DNA of 64,000 bases from Candidatus Freyarchaeum deiterrae (lineage in GTDB: Archaea; Asgardarchaeota; Jordiarchaeia; Jordiarchaeales; Jordiarchaeaceae). The notes beneath the pieces are model-generated. The model worked only from the letters and a program-made list of their open reading frames with translations, was not told the origin of the DNA and made no database searches. A program made the translations under genes and the position numbers. Shown in pieces: positions 39,546 through 50,417 of the stretch. The DNA is taken from assembly GCA_037305845.1 (NCBI GenBank), contig CP147778.1:2304001-2368000 (forward strand), written 5' to 3'. How positions within the stretch are numbered: the stretch's first letter is position 1; every line of letters starts with the position of its first letter.

Positions 39546-39657
39546 ATAACTTTATTTTCCAAATATTTTTTTAATAAAATACAAATAAAGAAACATATAA
39601 AGGATATTAGATAACCTGTTAATAAGCAAAAACCAAATAGAATAAAGGGTAATACTG

Positions 39658-40206
39658 ATGACTCGAGGTCTATTTGTCGGCAGATTTCAACCATTCCACC
39701 TCGGACACCTGCACGTAATAAAAGAATTGCTAGAAAAAGTAGATGAACTAATAATAGCCATTGGCAGCGCCCAGTACAGTCATACTTTCAAGGATCCTTT
39801 TAATGCGGGTGAGAGGATTTGGATGGTTAGAAGTGCATTAAACGATAATGATGTAGACCCGAGAAGATATTATGTTATACCTATTCCGGATGTTCATGAT
39901 AACCGCATCTGGGTGGCGCACGTAACATCTTACACTCCCCCCTTCAGAATAGTTTTTTCAAATAACTCCTTAGTGAAAGTGTTATTCGAAGAAGCCGGGT
40001 ACGATGTTCAGCCTTCCCCAATGTATCACAGAGAATTGTACTGCGCCACGGAGATCCGCAAAAAAATTGTATCTAATGAAAAATGGGAACATCTTGTTCC
40101 TGATATCGTGGCAGAAATTATTAAGGAGATAGGGGGAGACAAAAGACTCAGAGAAATTGTGAAGAAGGATAACGAATCCGTAACTACTAGCAAAGACTCA
40201 GAATAA
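39658..40206 (+). CDS. nadM: Nicotinamide-nucleotide adenylyltransferase
   Basis: GRFQPFHLGH, GSAQ.SH...PF.AGER and ATEIR. Confidence 0.93.
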   Translation: MTRGLFVGRFQPFHLGHLHVIKELLEKVDELIIAIGSAQYSHTFKDPFNAGERIWMVRSALNDNDVDPRRYYVIPIPDVHDNRIWVAHVTSYTPPFRIVFSNNSLVKVLFEEAGYDVQPSPMYHRELYCATEIRKKIVSNEKWEHLVPDIVAEIIKEIGGDKRLREIVKKDNESVTTSKDSE

Positions 40207-40294
40207 TTTCAAACTCTTAAAGAAGGTTATAACTGTCTTCACAATTACAGATTTTTTCCCTTTAATTTCAATCTTTCACACTGCGATAATTTCC

Positions 40295-41029
40295 TCAGTC
40301 AATGCCACTATTTCCATACCGATTATGGTGAGTGAATTCTTCCACATCGCGGCGTACTCTCAGGTATTTAGCTGGCGCAGAGACAGGGTACCCTAGACGG
40401 ATAGTATAAGCAATATTCATATATTCAGGGATATTGAGAATTCGCTTTACCTCTTTCGCTACAGGATACGCGCTGAAGACGCTCAGTATCTGAAGGCCGA
40501 TCCCTAGGGACTGAGCCATGAGCCACATGTTCTCCATAACACAACCAAGGCTTATAAAACCCAGAACATCCCCTTCCGAAGCAGGTGCTCTCTTTCTGGA
40601 ATCATAGATCACAACCAGAAGCACCGAACTACCATCAATCCTTTGGATTAGAGGCATAGGCGTGCTTTGGCGGGCTATCTCTTCCATCTTGGCAGGGTCT
40701 CTCCACGCGGGCGGAAACATGGTACCGAGAATTCCTACCTTCTTCTCAAGTAACTCCTCTTCCGAGAACGAAAGCTGTTCATAGTTCTCGCGCAAAAACT
40801 CTACTGAGATACTAGATTTAATGTTACCTATTTTTTCAAGAGCCTTCTTATCATCAACAACAAGAACCTCGAAGTTCTGCATGTTGTGAGCTGTGGGAGC
40901 CCACCTACCTGCCTCCAGGATCTGCCTCAAATCCTCTTTAGAAACCGGTCGACGAGAATCAAAGGGAACTCTTGACGATTGTCTTTGCTGGATAAGTTTC
41001 AGGATGTCACTCTCACTCATTACTACCAT
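40295..41029 (-). CDS. Nitroreductase family protein
   Basis: RQSSR, APTAHNMQ and ENMWLMAQSLGIG. Confidence 0.9.
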   Translation of the reverse strand: MVVMSESDILKLIQQRQSSRVPFDSRRPVSKEDLRQILEAGRWAPTAHNMQNFEVLVVDDKKALEKIGNIKSSISVEFLRENYEQLSFSEEELLEKKVGILGTMFPPAWRDPAKMEEIARQSTPMPLIQRIDGSSVLLVVIYDSRKRAPASEGDVLGFISLGCVMENMWLMAQSLGIGLQILSVFSAYPVAKEVKRILNIPEYMNIAYTIRLGYPVSAPAKYLRVRRDVEEFTHHNRYGNSGID

Positions 41030-42047
41030 CTCCTATTTTTAAGACCGCCCGGAAATGAACCTGCGCAGACATCATCCGTTCAAAAGCCAGTGCGGCCTGC
41101 TCCAGCGGAAACACTTCGACCATGGGGACGACTCCCGTTAGGACACTGAAACGGAACGTGTCACCGGCGTTTCCGCCAATCCAGCCACTTATGGATCGCA
41201 CACCTCTCATCAAAAGAACTGGTGAAATCAGCATCGGCTCGTTGACGAAGGTGATTATAATCATCTGTCCGTTACGGCTTAATCCGCCGACAAGTTCTGA
41301 AATAGCCTTGCTGTTTGGAGCTGTGCAAAGGATGACCCGCGCCCCACCGAGCTTCATCAATTCCTCCGCAGCATTAGCTGCATCTGTATCAATATAGTGA
41401 TGAGCGCCCATCTCTCGGGCTAACTCTTCCTTTTCCCTGCCACGCGACAGAACCACAGTATTGAGCCCGAGCTTGACGGCGAACTGCAGCGCTAAGTGAC
41501 CAAGTCCTCCGAGACCATGGATTGCAACCAGATCTCCGCCTTTTGCTATACTATTCTTCAAGGCTCCCAAAGTGGTTGCCCCAGCACAGAGAAGCGGTGC
41601 GGCTTCCACAGAAGAAAGTTCATTAGGAATGGCGGTCAACGCTTCCAAACGAGCAACCATGTACTCGGCATAGCCGCCGTCGGTAGAGATGCCGGTCGCC
41701 AAAGGATTTTCGCAAGCCCAAAACTCCCCTCTCAGACATGCACGGCAGGAGTAGCAGTATCCGCCGCGCCACCCCACGCCAACTCTTTGTCCGGTCTTCC
41801 AGATTTGCGATTTGGAACCCAATCGCTCGATAACACCGACCACTTCATGACCGGGAGTTCTGGGGTATTGGAGTCCAGGGTAGCGTCCCTCTTTAACAAG
41901 AGCATCTCCGTGACAGACTCCGCAAGCTTCAACTTTAATAAGAACTTCGTTTGCTTTTGGTTCAGGAATTTCCTTACGAACTAACTCAAAATCAGCTCCA
42001 GGCGAACGCACTTGGATTGCCCTCATCGAAGGCATAAAGCTTCGCAC
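41013..42047 (-). CDS. Zn-dependent alcohol dehydrogenase
   Basis: CGVCHGD, GHE, C..C..C.......C and GLGGLG. Confidence 0.93.
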   Translation of the reverse strand: MRSFMPSMRAIQVRSPGADFELVRKEIPEPKANEVLIKVEACGVCHGDALVKEGRYPGLQYPRTPGHEVVGVIERLGSKSQIWKTGQRVGVGWRGGYCYSCRACLRGEFWACENPLATGISTDGGYAEYMVARLEALTAIPNELSSVEAAPLLCAGATTLGALKNSIAKGGDLVAIHGLGGLGHLALQFAVKLGLNTVVLSRGREKEELAREMGAHHYIDTDAANAAEELMKLGGARVILCTAPNSKAISELVGGLSRNGQMIIITFVNEPMLISPVLLMRGVRSISGWIGGNAGDTFRFSVLTGVVPMVEVFPLEQAALAFERMMSAQVHFRAVLKIGDGSNE

Positions 42048-42210
42048 CTCCTTAACTTATCTTAACACCTAATCCATATCGGATTATCGATATCAAGTCA
42101 CTATATAAATCTTACCAGTCAGGGCTCCGAACCATGCAGCGCATAACAATCTTTTTTAAAATATCTGGTGTATCTTTAACAAATATTTTACCAGAAAAGA
42201 ATAGCAAGAT

Positions 42211-43287
42211 TTGGAGGCCAAAGAAATTATAGAAATAGACGGACTGCTTGGTGGTGGTCAAATTGTCCGTACAGGCATTGCTCTATCCGCTCTCGTGAAT
42301 AAACCTGTGAAATTTTACAATATACGCGCTAAAAGATCAGACTCAGGTCTTAAGGCTCAGCATGCAACTGCAATTAATGCTTTAGCTAAAATAACCCAAG
42401 CTAAGGTAACTGGCGCTGAAATCGGGTCGAACGCAATAACGTTTAATCCCAGTAAGCCTCAAGGAGGAAACTTCAAATTCGACATCGGCACAGCAGGATC
42501 TATTAGCCTAGTTCTTCAAACCATAATGCCCTGCTCCGCATTCGCACAGTCCGCAACCCGACTGGAAATAACAGGAGGTACAGATGTAGCTTGGAGTCCG
42601 CCTATAGACTACATAACGAATGTTACTTTACCGATTCTGACGAAGATGGGTTATAATTCGGAGATTTTATCGGTTAGGCGAGGACATTATCCGCGAGGAG
42701 GTGGGCAAGTGAGAGCTGTTATAAATCCCGTAAAGAAGTTAGTCCCACTAAACCTGACCGAGAGAGGAGAAATTCTTAGCATTAAGGGAATTTCACACGC
42801 TGTGAGATTACCTCAACATGTTGCTCAAAGGCAAGCAGATTCAGCGCAAAACAAACTGAGGGAAGCTGGTTTCAAAGATGTTGAAATCCAACTGGAATGG
42901 TATGAACAGGGAAAAGATCCACATCTAAGCCCGGGTTCCGGTATTGTGTTATGGGCTGAAACAGATTCTGGTAGCATAATTGGTTCGGATGCACTGGGTG
43001 AGAGAGGCAAACCTGCAGAGAAAGTAGGGGAGGAGGCTGCTGATAAACTTCTAAGAGAAATTGGAGGAGATGCACCTGTTGATTCGCATCTTGGGGACAT
43101 GCTGATTCCCTATCTGGCGGTTGCGGATGGTAGGTCTGAAATAAAAGTTACTGAATTAACTCTCCACCTAATTAGTAACATTTCGGTAACTGAAAAAATC
43201 CTGAACATTAAATTCGACGTTAATGGTAAGGAAGGTGAACCTGGAATAGTTAGCGTCGATGGAATAAATCTTAAAAATTCAATTTAG
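42211..43287 (+). CDS. rtcA: RNA 3'-terminal phosphate cyclase
   Basis: GGGQIVRT, GGTDV.WSP, RGHYPRGGG, D.HL.D and TLH. Confidence 0.95.
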   Translation: MEAKEIIEIDGLLGGGQIVRTGIALSALVNKPVKFYNIRAKRSDSGLKAQHATAINALAKITQAKVTGAEIGSNAITFNPSKPQGGNFKFDIGTAGSISLVLQTIMPCSAFAQSATRLEITGGTDVAWSPPIDYITNVTLPILTKMGYNSEILSVRRGHYPRGGGQVRAVINPVKKLVPLNLTERGEILSIKGISHAVRLPQHVAQRQADSAQNKLREAGFKDVEIQLEWYEQGKDPHLSPGSGIVLWAETDSGSIIGSDALGERGKPAEKVGEEAADKLLREIGGDAPVDSHLGDMLIPYLAVADGRSEIKVTELTLHLISNISVTEKILNIKFDVNGKEGEPGIVSVDGINLKNSI

Positions 43288-43374
43288 AACTCTTTCCCAA
43301 ACGTTTTAAATCAGTTACAGATTTATCTTGCCAATAGGAGTATACTCGGCTTTAGTTATTCCTACTTTGAGCTG

Positions 43375-43791
43375 TTAATCGACTTTTACTTTGCCTGCTT
43401 GTTCTGATTTGGTTTTTGGGATGTATATCTCTAAAATTCCGTTATTTCCTGAGTATTTGGCTCTAATATTATTGGTGTCGATTTTTTCTGGGAAAGTAAG
43501 CCGCCTTTTAATGCTGCCAGAAATTCTTTCGTGTAATAAATATTTTCCCGGTCCCAGCTCTGGAAGTGGAATATCTGCCGAAAAATCCAAAAAGTTACCG
43601 CTAGCGTTCAAAATGATTTTGTTCTTATCCACTCCCGGTAAATCCACGAAAACCGTGTATTCATTATCGGATTCAACTATGTCTACGAGGGGAAATTCCA
43701 CGGTTGGTTTGTTCTCCAGAGCCGCTTGAAGCTTACTCTCCAATCTTTTTAAAATCATGAACACGTTTTCAGAGCGCGGTCCCTTTCTCAT
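43375..43791 (-). CDS. Hsp20/alpha-crystallin small heat shock protein
   Basis: P.VDI.E...DLPGV.K...I.A.Y.NNGILEI..PK. Confidence 0.9.
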   Translation of the reverse strand: MRKGPRSENVFMILKRLESKLQAALENKPTVEFPLVDIVESDNEYTVFVDLPGVDKNKIILNASGNFLDFSADIPLPELGPGKYLLHERISGSIKRRLTFPEKIDTNNIRAKYSGNNGILEIYIPKTKSEQAGKVKVD

Positions 43792-44806
43792 ATCTCAAAT
43801 CTCCTTCGAGTTTACCGGCTTTCACCGCCGCTTCAAGTGCCTCTTGCACCCCGACGTTTTGAACCGCTACCATCTCAATTGGATTGTCCACTTTCATCTT
43901 AACTTCTTCTAGGTCTTTATTGCTCATCAAGTCCACCTTATTAATTACAACAACTACGGGAAGCGTGGGGAAAGTCTCTCTCATCTCACTCAATAAATCT
44001 AACTGTCCCTCTAATGGATAGCCACTGGTAAGTGATGGGTCAATAATGAAGACTACCACATTAGCGATATGACGAATAGCCGTTATTGCTTGAAGCTCTA
44101 TTGGATTTCTCTCCCTCATTGGTCTATCGAGTACACCCGGGGTATCAATTATTTGACAGCGAGAATTATTATATGAAAAATGACCCAAAATAATTTTCTT
44201 TGTTGTGAAAGGATATTCTGCAATTTGCGGTTTTGCCGATGAAACAGCACTCACAAAAGAGCTCTTGCCGGTATTTGGATACCCCGCAACAACAACCGTG
44301 AACTCATCTGTATTAACCGTGGGAAGTTTCGAAAGTATTTTAGACGCATCAATTAAAAAATCTAATCGGCTGGCTAATTTATTAATCACAGAAGAAATTC
44401 TGGCGTAAGCTTGTATACGCGCTTGTGAAGCCTGTTTAGGCTGCTCCGAAAATTTTATTACCCGCATTTTGTCTCCAGCAATTTTTTTTATTACTCGAGC
44501 CGCCCCCTCAATAGAGGCTAAAATCTCTTTTAATTTATCAATACCCACCAGAATATCCGCTAACTCATGATAAAATGGATGAATCTCATCCAGGTTTGGA
44601 AACATTTTCACCGTACTGTCTAAATACTCTACAAGATTATATGAAATAAACTTCACACGTGCCACTTCACGCTTCCTAGCCTTAGCAATCGGAGTGGAAC
44701 GCCGCGACACATCTAGGGAGAGACGCGAAGCCCTATGAAAAACAATATCAAGAAGTTCCTCCGACCTATGAATATTCCTGACTTTCGAAAATGGGTGCAT
44801 CTTCAC
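43769..44806 (-). CDS. Nog1-family GTPase
   Basis: HPFY, GYPNTGKSS, YPFTTK, DTPG.LDRP..ERN.IE and NKVD. Confidence 0.92.
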   Translation of the reverse strand: MKMHPFSKVRNIHRSEELLDIVFHRASRLSLDVSRRSTPIAKARKREVARVKFISYNLVEYLDSTVKMFPNLDEIHPFYHELADILVGIDKLKEILASIEGAARVIKKIAGDKMRVIKFSEQPKQASQARIQAYARISSVINKLASRLDFLIDASKILSKLPTVNTDEFTVVVAGYPNTGKSSFVSAVSSAKPQIAEYPFTTKKIILGHFSYNNSRCQIIDTPGVLDRPMRERNPIELQAITAIRHIANVVVFIIDPSLTSGYPLEGQLDLLSEMRETFPTLPVVVVINKVDLMSNKDLEEVKMKVDNPIEMVAVQNVGVQEALEAAVKAGKLEGDLRYEKGTAL

Positions 44807-45036
44807 ATCCCTCAGTAAGAGGGACTAAAAGGCACTTTTTAACTTTATCGGCGGGCTACTCCATTGATTCAACTAATGAAATGAGAGTGTATCCATGTGT
44901 CCTAAAATGGCACTCTAGAGGGACAAATAGAAATTAATAAAAGGTGATGATTAGATTGAGAATGTAGGATAAAGGATTTTACCACAAAAAGTTTTTATTT
45001 GTCAGACGGATTGATGGGTTAAAGGAGAGGATCAAA

Positions 45037-45636
45037 ATGTCAGGATTTCCAGAGAGTGCAACTATAATAGGAATAGTTTGTAAGGACGGCGTCGTTTTAG
45101 CCGCTGAAAAACGCATTACTTACGGTAGTCTTATCATGAGCCGTACTGGTAAAAAGGTGTTCAAGATTACTGACCGAATAGGAATTACAGTTGCTGGACT
45201 TGTAGCAGATATGCAGGTTTTATCAAAAGAGCTTGAAGCAATGACCAGAATGTACTCCATGGAACAGCGTAGGCCCATAGGCATCCGCTCCGCCGCTCAC
45301 CTTCTATCAAACATACTGTACGAGAGGAAGATGTATCCCTTCTTCAGCCAAACAATCATTGGCGGGTTTGATGACAGTGGACCGGCAATCTACACTCTGG
45401 ACTTAATGGGTTCGCTTCTAAAGGATTCCTATGCGTCTGTTGGTTCTGGTTCAGAAATCGCTCTCGGAACTCTCGAGAGGCACTTCAAAGAAGACATAGA
45501 TGTTAGCGAAGGAAAAGACCTTGCAGTACGGGCGATAAAGGCTGCAGCTAGAAGAGATACTCAGTCCGGAGAAGGAATTGACATAATGGTCATAACCGAT
45601 AAGGGAATAGAGATATCCGAAGAGAGCATAACCTAA
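45037..45636 (+). CDS. psmB: Proteasome beta subunit, probably non-catalytic
   Basis: GVVLAAEKR, AGLVAD.Q, GSGS and A..RD..SG; Ala at the Thr1 position. Confidence 0.92.
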   Translation: MSGFPESATIIGIVCKDGVVLAAEKRITYGSLIMSRTGKKVFKITDRIGITVAGLVADMQVLSKELEAMTRMYSMEQRRPIGIRSAAHLLSNILYERKMYPFFSQTIIGGFDDSGPAIYTLDLMGSLLKDSYASVGSGSEIALGTLERHFKEDIDVSEGKDLAVRAIKAAARRDTQSGEGIDIMVITDKGIEISEESIT

Positions 45637-45805
45637 ATCATGAAAGTATCCCCTTCTCTTTTTCTTGAAATATTTATAGAAAAATCCTTGCAAACAAGAT
45701 AAACATCTTTAAGATAAAGGTCAAAATACTTTTTATCATTCATAAAATACTAGTTCACCTGCTAATATTTTCCAAATCAGAAACACCAATTTAAGTTTCC
45801 TTATC

Positions 45806-46774
45806 ATGAAAGATTTTTCCCTGGAGATAAAAATGCTTGAATCATTAGAGAAGCTAGCTTCTAAAACAAACCGAGCTTTATGCTTGGGAGTGGGAGGAGG
45901 CGGCGATATAATGGGCACCCTGCCCACCAGCGGTTTTCTCAACGTTCTCAGAGTAGAGACAATCATAGGAAGCGTAAGCTGGGAACGCATCGTCATCGAC
46001 CCTAAACCTGGACCGAGATTACTAGATGAAATACTAAACATAGAGAAGATATCAGAAAGCACTGCTTATGCTGATAAAGATTCCCATACAAGTGACGGCG
46101 TATACTTTCAATGCAGCAACATGGCTAATTTTCTAAAAGAGAGAACTATAATCGTGGATATTTCCAAAGGCGTCCATGATATTTCAAGGGGACTACAAGA
46201 AACTGCTGACAAACTAGAGTTAGACCTAATAATAGGCGTCGATGTGGGCGGCGATATCTTGGCAAATGGTCAAGAACCGGGGCTCAGAAGTCCTCTTTGT
46301 GACGGTATGATGCTTGCAGCTCTCAGATTATTAAAAATTCCAACAGTAATAGCTGTTTTCGCTCCAGGCTGTGACGGCGAACTAACTCTTAATGAATTAG
46401 TGAATAAATTTGAACTAGTAGCTAAGAATTCCGGATATCTGGGAGCCAGAGGCATGACTCCAGATGATTTCTCCAAGATGAGTAATGCTTCTGGATATGT
46501 AAAGACTGAAGCCAGCCTACTTCCTCTGCGAGCTTGGAAGGGGGAACACGGTGTTTTTAAAATAAGGAATGGAGCCCGTAGCGTGGATCTCTCTATTATT
46601 TCGACACTGACATTTTATTTCGATACAAAAGTTGTTTATAATTTGAGCCCCATTGCAAAGGCTCTCAAGGACGCCAAAAACTTTCATGAAGCAAACGAAA
46701 AACTTCACGGTTTGGGTCTAACAACAGAATATGACCTAGAATTGGATTACACAAAAAATCAAAAAGAATTGTGA
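45806..46774 (+). CDS. DUF1152-family protein
   Basis: GVGGGGD, DVGGD, LRSPL.D, G.DGEL and TEAS. Confidence 0.85.
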   Translation: MKDFSLEIKMLESLEKLASKTNRALCLGVGGGGDIMGTLPTSGFLNVLRVETIIGSVSWERIVIDPKPGPRLLDEILNIEKISESTAYADKDSHTSDGVYFQCSNMANFLKERTIIVDISKGVHDISRGLQETADKLELDLIIGVDVGGDILANGQEPGLRSPLCDGMMLAALRLLKIPTVIAVFAPGCDGELTLNELVNKFELVAKNSGYLGARGMTPDDFSKMSNASGYVKTEASLLPLRAWKGEHGVFKIRNGARSVDLSIISTLTFYFDTKVVYNLSPIAKALKDAKNFHEANEKLHGLGLTTEYDLELDYTKNQKEL

Positions 46775-46916
46775 CCTGTTAAAAACTTGCCTTTATCTCT
46801 TCATTACCTTTTTACACGCTTGAATTTTTCCAATCTTTTCTGAAGCCTTACCCACATGTCTTATGGTAAATACATACACTATTATTAAAGGAAACTAAGA
46901 GTTATATACGCGGTTC

Positions 46917-48509
46917 CTAGCTAATTCTCTCATTCTTTATAGGTATATCTACAATAAACGTGCTTCCTTTCCCAACTTCACTTTCGAAGGTGATTTTTCC
47001 ACCATGGGCTTCGACCAACCGTTTGCAGACAGCCAAGCCGAACCCCTGTCCCTTTGATTTCGTTGTAACTAATGGAGTAAAGAGCTTAGGTCTAACTTCC
47101 TCAGGTATACCCATGCCCGTGTCCCGAACAGATATGTACACGTCTTCTTCTTTTTTGGACGCATTTATGGTTAGCTTGCCTCCATTTGGCATTGATTGGA
47201 TAGCGTTTGTAATCATGTTGGTTAAAACTCTCTTCATCATCGTTAAATCAGCCATTGGCTTCGGAACGTCTTTTTCAACCGTCACCGAGAAATCGACATT
47301 TTGCGGTATAGAACTCAGACGTAAGGCGTCTTCTATGAGTTGCATGACCTCGACTTTTTCGAACTCAGGTTTCAACGGTTTCGCGTAGTCTTGGAGGTCG
47401 GAAACAATCTTGTTGATGTACTTCGACTGTTCTCCGATCAAGTCTAACATCTCCCCGATACCACTTTTCTCCACGAATTGAGAAGGGATGGAGTTCAATT
47501 CTTCCCTAGCCAGATACAGTGCACCCTCTATGCTCTGCAGCGGGTTACGGATGTCGTGTCCAACCATGCCGGCCATGTGGCCAATCGCGGCCAGTCGCTC
47601 AGCGTCCTTCAGTTCTTTGGTTCGCTCTTCGACCAACTGCTCCAAATGACTTGAATAACCTTTGATCTTAGCCTCCGCCTTCTTACGCTCGGTTATGTCT
47701 AATGTGGAACTGACAATGACCCGCTCTCCATGCAACGTGATGACCTGGGCTGACACCAGAGCAGTCCATACCTCACCGTTTTTCCTGACGGCCTCAAACT
47801 CCCGATTACTGTATGAGCCATGCATCTCCAGATCGCGAGCCATCTGCGCCTGCTCTTCGGGGTGTTTCCATGTATTATTCTCGAATGTTGGTCGGCCGGT
47901 GACCTCTTCACGTGAGTAGCCAAAGAGCTCTAGCCATCTTTCATTCACGTCTATGATGCGTCCATCCTGAAGACTCGTTAGTGCCATAGCGGCAGTATTC
48001 CCGTAGAACGCTTTTACGAATTTTTCTTCGGACAAGCGTAACGTTTCATCGGCCAGCTTCTTCTGCTCAGTGATGTCGTTTTGGATGACTATTGCTGCTG
48101 AGATACTTCCGTCTTTGTTCCGAATTGGAGCAGACCTCACTAGCATCGTGCCTTCAGAGCCGTCGCCTCGGATGAATTTAAATTCCTCATCGTTCACAAC
48201 CTCACCTTTGAATAACGATCTCGCAAGAGGTCTCTCCTCAGGGTCGTATGAGGTTCCATTCAAATGAAAAGCTCTGTAATACTGCTGAAACTCGTTAAAA
48301 TCTACACACTGCTTGAAAGTCTTACCCCAAATCTTTTCAACCTGTCTGTTCCCCCAAACGATTTTTCCAGACGGAGCTTCAGCAACGATCACGCCAACCG
48401 GCAGTTGATCCAAGATATAAAACAACTGAGCCTCTTCTCCGCGTTCAGAAGAAACACCCAAGACTCTGTGATTGTGCTTTGAACTATTGGATTTCTTTTC
48501 ATCGCCCAT
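46917..48509 (-). CDS. Cytoplasmic PAS-PAS sensor histidine kinase
   Basis: Two PAS/PAC repeats, HDIRNPL, NAIQ, DTG.G and G.G.GL. Confidence 0.95.
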   Translation of the reverse strand: MGDEKKSNSSKHNHRVLGVSSERGEEAQLFYILDQLPVGVIVAEAPSGKIVWGNRQVEKIWGKTFKQCVDFNEFQQYYRAFHLNGTSYDPEERPLARSLFKGEVVNDEEFKFIRGDGSEGTMLVRSAPIRNKDGSISAAIVIQNDITEQKKLADETLRLSEEKFVKAFYGNTAAMALTSLQDGRIIDVNERWLELFGYSREEVTGRPTFENNTWKHPEEQAQMARDLEMHGSYSNREFEAVRKNGEVWTALVSAQVITLHGERVIVSSTLDITERKKAEAKIKGYSSHLEQLVEERTKELKDAERLAAIGHMAGMVGHDIRNPLQSIEGALYLAREELNSIPSQFVEKSGIGEMLDLIGEQSKYINKIVSDLQDYAKPLKPEFEKVEVMQLIEDALRLSSIPQNVDFSVTVEKDVPKPMADLTMMKRVLTNMITNAIQSMPNGGKLTINASKKEEDVYISVRDTGMGIPEEVRPKLFTPLVTTKSKGQGFGLAVCKRLVEAHGGKITFESEVGKGSTFIVDIPIKNERIS

Positions 48510-48748
48510 AACATTTCTCCAAATACTTCAATCTCTTGCATTAGAATAACTCCGATGAAGAAAACTCCATTTTGTCAACTTTGACAATGGATTGTATAGA
48601 ACCAACTACTCATAAGTATTTCTTCACAAGCTTTTCTATCAAGTCTACTATAGGCTTTTATTCAGGCTCAGTTTTTCGAGGGAATCAAGAGGAGAAACGC
48701 CGTATATTGCCAGAGCAACCATCAACAAAAGAACCTGCCACAAAAATC

Positions 48749-49981
48749 TTATCTATATTTGTTCAAAACTTCTAGGTGTCCCTTAATTCTGCCATTTTTG
48801 CCGAGTTTATATAAATCTCTGAGCACTTCCTTATCTAATTCAGCGGGTTTGCTGTGTGCCAAGGGTGTTCCAGCTAGTGGCGTGAAATAATGAAGTCTAG
48901 CCGTAACCTGACCCTTCTTGAATAGACGCTTAATCGCTTCATAAGTTTTATACTGATCGTCTCTTGTCTCTGAGGGAAATCCGAGAAGAAAATCTACAGA
49001 GACCCCTAAACCATTATTTACTGCGCAGTCCACCGCTGCGTACACATCTTCTATGACGTGCCCTCTATTCATTAACTTTAATACGCGGCTACTCCCAGAT
49101 TGAGCTCCTATAGCAACAATTTTGTTGCTACAATACTCCGAAATTATTCCTGCAACTTCATCACCAAAGTTTTCAGGACGACCTTCCGATGGGAACGAGC
49201 AAAAGAAGACTCTCGAATTGTTGAATGATTTGCTGGTTCTTAATAACTCCTCAATAGCATTAGGGTTTGGTTTCAGGCCGTCTTTTGAGCCGTAACAGAG
49301 AGAGTTTGGGCTAATGAACCTAATATCGATGCGTCCCCTACTCTTAAACCGCTTTTCATATGCTTCCATATGTTTCTTTATGGCATCTAAACTCCTGTGA
49401 CGCATTTTCTTCCCGAAAATGTATGAGACTTCGCAGTACTTGCATCCGTGAGGACAGCCACGGCTAATTTCGATGGGAGGATACAAATCAAATTTTTCGG
49501 AAAAACTATAAAACTCGTCTAGTTGTAATTCCTGCGCCTTGGTTCTTTTTATCTCACCATCTAGAAAATATGCGATACCCGGAACACTAGAAAGTGGTTT
49601 GTCGAGTTGAAGATTATAAATGAGATTGGGGAAGCCAGCTTCACCTGAACCCACGGATACAATATCGAACCCCATACCCAGGGTTCCTTTCACATCTCCA
49701 CTGGGGTGCGGTCCCCCCGCGACTAGAGTAAAGTTTTTTCTTCCCAGTGGAGATATGTACTCTGAGAGTTTTTTCAACTCCTTTTGAACTGATGGCGATT
49801 GTGTCGTGAAAAAAGAATATGCAAAAATAATTCTCCCGTACTCTTCAACCATTTTTTTAATCTCGGAGCTGGTTAAGTTTCTAAAATCTTTAAGGAAGGA
49901 TATCTGAAGGTTATCTACTCGCTTATCCCTTTCTAGGGCTCCCAGTAGTGGAGCGAAACTATACCAATTTTGTTTAAGCAT
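48749..49981 (-). CDS. B12-binding radical SAM protein (TIGR04013-like)
   Basis: GGPHPSG, EISRGCPHGCKYC and FPSE.RP. Confidence 0.88.
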   Translation of the reverse strand: MLKQNWYSFAPLLGALERDKRVDNLQISFLKDFRNLTSSEIKKMVEEYGRIIFAYSFFTTQSPSVQKELKKLSEYISPLGRKNFTLVAGGPHPSGDVKGTLGMGFDIVSVGSGEAGFPNLIYNLQLDKPLSSVPGIAYFLDGEIKRTKAQELQLDEFYSFSEKFDLYPPIEISRGCPHGCKYCEVSYIFGKKMRHRSLDAIKKHMEAYEKRFKSRGRIDIRFISPNSLCYGSKDGLKPNPNAIEELLRTSKSFNNSRVFFCSFPSEGRPENFGDEVAGIISEYCSNKIVAIGAQSGSSRVLKLMNRGHVIEDVYAAVDCAVNNGLGVSVDFLLGFPSETRDDQYKTYEAIKRLFKKGQVTARLHYFTPLAGTPLAHSKPAELDKEVLRDLYKLGKNGRIKGHLEVLNKYR

Positions 49982-50417
49982 TCTTAGAATTAGCAGTAAT
50001 TTCTTCCACTCCTTTTTCTAAAAAATCCGATGTTATCTCAACTATTTTATACAAAAGAGACCCAAAAATAAATATGTTTTCAATTGTCAGTCTTCTTTCT
50101 TCCAACAGTTCCTCATCTCAGGAAAGAAAACTTTAAACCAAGTCTTCAAATTAGAGGAAATTATTGGTTATGTTTTATCTCAATCTTATTTCATTGAAAA
50201 ACCATACTGCATCAAATGTATTGAATTAAATTTCAATTCACTAAGATTTAGCTATCTGTGTTTCGGAACTTAAATAAATATGGAAATCAAAATCATTATT
50301 GTTAGTTTACAACAGCAAAAATTCTAAAAGATTAAAAGTATTAAGTCTAATTATCTTTAATGAAAGATACATAGGTTTGATAGCGATTAGTGTTTTCAAG
50401 GTATAGGAGGAAGAACA

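Noticed and set aside
44943-45014. C/D box sRNA starting at GTGATGA
   Set aside because: No properly placed CTGA D box
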